Source: the human T2T-CHM13v2.0 reference genome, Homo sapiens
Reading direction: 5' to 3' (one strand)
Assembly: GCF_009914755.1 (NCBI RefSeq)
Contig: NC_060925.1
DNA: 64,000 bases
Of the stretch, positions 60,201 to 64,000 are shown in pieces. Under the pieces are notes generated by a model. It searched no databases and was not told the origin of the DNA. It saw only the letters and a program-made list of their open reading frames with translations. The position numbers and the translations under genes were made by a program. Every line of letters starts with the position of its first letter. Position 1 is the stretch's first letter.

Positions 60201-61836
60201 GAAGAGAAAAAGGAATGCTGACCGAAGGATTTGCAGGGGATTCTCAAGCACAGAAGGAAGCTTAAAGCCTCTTGTAGGAGGAATGGCTGAGCTAAACGGG
60301 TTATAACTGGGATGCTAATGACAGAAGCTGCACTGTATCCTGTGAGACTTCGACCCTGCAAGGGTATCAGCAGATTCCCATCTGTCTGCATGTGCAAGCC
60401 ATCCTTCAACAGTGATACCCTGCACCAGTATGAAGCAAGAACAGTAGTGAACTAATCAGACAATTCAGTTTTTGCCTCCCTGTGGAGTTTGTAAGTAAAA
60501 TTAATCACCCTGGAATGAGTAAATCCATGGAGTTCTTGGACTACTGTGAGGAGAAACATATATCAAAAGGAAAGTATAAACCTTATATAAGCAAGAATGA
60601 CTTTATTTGTATCCCATGTTGATAATGATAAAGTACACTAAGAAATCCCAGGCAAATAGGTTTACTTATTAAAATTAAACATAGGCTTTCCGGCATCATC
60701 CGTCTCCTTAACTAAAAACATGGCCTATTTCTCACATTCTCGCTACTCTTATGCTGAAGACGAAAGCCATCCACTTTGCCCTTGAGGCATTCACTTTACA
60801 AAACCAAAACATACCTAGAGCTAATTTGGGGGAGGGGCCTAAAACTGTCTCAGCCAGCCCGATCCCTGGCATATAGATTGTCTCTAGCTTTCTAAAGGAA
60901 TTCACACAAATTGACCTGTTACAGCTTAATTTGGAATTCTATTCACAGCAAACAGTTCAATTTCATGATTTGAAACCACAGACTTTCTGGATTTTAACCC
61001 AATCTAGTCTCTAAACTGAGATCAGGTGGGCACCACTCTATTGAGACTACAAAGATAAACAGCAGAGCAGTAAAAACTTGACCTCTGAAATCTCTTCCCT
61101 CACTACTGAGTAATGGGGCATCAGAAAGGAAGTCACAAGGGTAATGGCCCTCTTTTCCCCAAACGTTAAGGACCTACCTCTCTGGGTTTTGCCTTTTTAA
61201 GGAAGCAGGCCCACTTGGCTAATTCATTTGGAATTCAGACAAGCTGTGGCCTCTTGAATCATAAAGCACTAGAATCACAAAGTCAGATGAAAGAGGCCTC
61301 AGGCTTCAAGCCACCAACTTTAGCTCAATATTCAAGTCAACTTGGCTCTCCTGGCTGAAGACAAATTAGTCTGCCTCAAATAAAATGGATCAGGAGGAAA
61401 TGAGATCATTGGAAATGTCAGACACAGCTTTCAAAAGTGAGCCATTTAAGGTTTGGCTCAGGCATAGGAAAACCCCCCCAATTAGCTTCTGGCCAGCATA
61501 CTTTCCCTACAAAACAGCCAGACCTCAGTGAGGCAGAGAACACAGCAGTTCTCATTAGGGGTTAAAGGGACAGGCTTATCACTACCAAGCTATTAATCTG
61601 CCCTGTCAGAAATAGACCTAATTCTATTCCTTCCTCTATTCAGATAATACATTTTCCTTTTCCCATGCTCTTCAGAGCTAAGCTGCCTCCAAGTAGAGAC
61701 TATGCCCTCCCTGCATTCTTAAAGAATATTTCAGAAACTATCACCACAATTTGTCAAACTAAGACAGTATGTGAGGAAATAACGATTTGGGTCTTAAGGC
61801 CATCAACAGACTCTTATCTTAAAGGAACAATTTTCA

Positions 61837-62001
<165 letters not shown>

Positions 62002-63044
62002 CTAATCTCTAGCCAAGATAAACAATCAGTGTTGGCCAAGCCAGCACATTCTAGTCACTGACCAGCTATGAATTTTCCCCACCTCACTGCTTCTTATACT
62101 GCAGCTTCAGAATTTTTAAAATTTCACTAAATAGAAACACATTCATCTCCTTACCAAGAGTTTTTCTTTGCTGCCCTCATCAAAACCCTGAACCATCTCT
62201 TACAATCATGACTATTTTTATAGATCATGCTTCCTACTAATACACCTAAGCCAGCCAGACAGAAAGCTCAGAGCTCACAGACCCTAAAATGCAGTTGTGC
62301 ACCTTCCATAAGGACAACATGTCCTCTGGGCCAGAGGAAGACAAGAGAGATCCTTAAATATTGAAGAAAACCAAATTAAAACTACTTTAAGAGGGGATAC
62401 AGGTTCACTTAACAACTAAGTGGCAGCAGTTGGAACTCTCTGATTTACACTGAGGCTTCTCAGCTTAAGTACCAAGGCATCAGGTCAACTTTATTTTGAA
62501 GCACCTGCTCACTGTGTGCCAGATCCAGTCACAAATAGCAACTAAACTGACTGGCTGAGGAAAAAAAACACATTAGAGAAATATGGACATGAGGATAAGA
62601 GGCACGTTTGCAGGTATCCTCTTAACCTCTACATATTCTCTCCTATGAGGAAGAAAACATGGTAAAGAGGGGTCAAACTGCCCCAAATTCAAATGCTGCC
62701 ACTGCCACCTACAAAGTGCGCAAATTTAGACAATTTACTAAAGTTCTATCTGTCAAATGGTCAGTATAGAGATAAAACTATATAATGCATGTTGAAATAT
62801 AATGGTGCTTACTAAACAGCAGGTTATCAGGTAAATTTTTTCTTTTCTTCATCCTTCTAAGGTATCAATTCAGTAGCCCTAAGAGCACATTCCCAAGAGC
62901 TATGAAACCACCTGAATCTGGAGGCTTAATTATCCTAGGCTGACAAACTCAGGAGACCTAAAGATATTGAGAAAAGAGGCATGCAAATTTCTCTAACCTA
63001 TTTCTTTAGGAAAACTATCTGCTAACAAGGTAACAAAGGCTTAC

Positions 63045-63112
63045 CCCATCACACAGGAGAGGGTGAACTGCAGAAGAAAGAGGGTGTCAGCCCAGCCTTC
63101 AAACTCCACAGC
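63045..63112 (-). CDS. SLC35D1: SLC35D1 exon [22 protein letters not shown](G); upstream exons lie outside the window
   Basis: Minus strand ttgcag / gtaagc; 68 nt, phase 0 to 2. Confidence 0.95.
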
Positions 63113-63204
63113 CTGCAACACACAAGAAAGCATTAAATTTTAGACCAGGCCTTCAAAATCAGCTATCCCGTTTTAATGTAAATCCTTCTACGAGTCTGCC
63201 TCAG

Positions 63205-63209
63205 ACACA

Positions 63210-63265
<56 letters not shown>
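63205..63265. repeat. (CA)n microsatellite, about 27 pure units, ~95 nt upstream of an SLC35D1 acceptor ((UG)n in the pre-mRNA)
   Basis: Seen directly. Confidence 0.97.
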
Positions 63266-63268
<3 letters not shown>

Positions 63269-64000
63269 ATATGTTTCCCTGAATTACTCCAAGGATAGAG
63301 AGTGATGTTCAAAGATTTCATGTATACAGAGTTGAACTAGTAAGTAGTTTCATAAGATTTTCTCCCATCCAAAATGTAACGTGGGGATTTTATACTTCTC
63401 ACTATTGGTGCAAAGAAACTGGTATTTCCTTGAAGGCACAAGCCACATTTGGCTAATCTCAGTTCTTTCAGATGGCTATTAATGTGCTAGTACTAAAGGC
63501 TTTCTCAAACATTAAAACATGTTTCCTTTCTGTAACATGTGAAAGCTTAAATACAGCCTTAGTTATACAAATTCAGCTGAGGTCTATTCAAGGAGAATTA
63601 CTGTTTTAAAACGGTTCATTCTAAAAACAAGGTATTTTGTGTTGTTGTTGTTGTCTGTGTTAAGCCAAAAGGAAAGGAATAAAGAGAAATGAAAGGGTAC
63701 ACTGATCATCTCATCTCTTGTCCAAGAGGAATGGATTCTCAAGTACCTAGTTGTTTTTGCAATAGGAGTTTGATAAGCAAATGTGAGAAACATTCCACCT
63801 TTTTATCTCTGCTAACCTGTCCAGCTTCAACTTTTGCTACTTCCGCATAAATCTGATGGCACCAGGGCTCCAACAATACCAGGCTCCCTGTGGCTTATAA
63901 AACATACCATACACTTTCTTACTTGCATGCCTTTGCCTGGAATGTCCTTCCCCTCAACATTCGTCTGACTCCTGTTCAGCCATCAAATTAAAACTCAAGG

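Overview
Primate (almost certainly human) genomic DNA containing the 3' ends of two convergent genes. Plus strand, 351-~30.1 kb: the 3' part of MIER1 (ELM2-SANT transcriptional corepressor). Eight internal exons can be spliced in frame by hand into two alternative C-termini: beta (intron retained, NLS RPAKRRR) and alpha (spliced to 27895, LQMLL motif). Minus strand, 63112-~40.8 kb: the last four coding exons and ~5 kb 3'UTR of SLC35D1 (ER nucleotide-sugar transporter). The rest is intron or intergenic sequence filled with Alus, L1/L2/MIR fragments, DNA-transposon relics, a MaLR LTR, a BC200 retrocopy and a ~7.3 kb non-coding MER4-group ERV1-type provirus. I see no new gene system or prokaryote-style element. 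The most unusual signals are: (1) a direct-inverted-direct micro-triplication that gives two mutually exclusive long hairpins in the MIER1 retained intron/3'UTR; (2) a nested-palindrome fold-back structure at 39.0-39.1 kb; (3) four miR-130/301-type seed sites distal to a poly(A) signal that overlaps the alpha stop codon; (4) a tRNA-Glu relic inside the ERV. Exon boundaries were checked base by base. Repeat boundaries and subfamily names are from recall of consensus sequences and are approximate.
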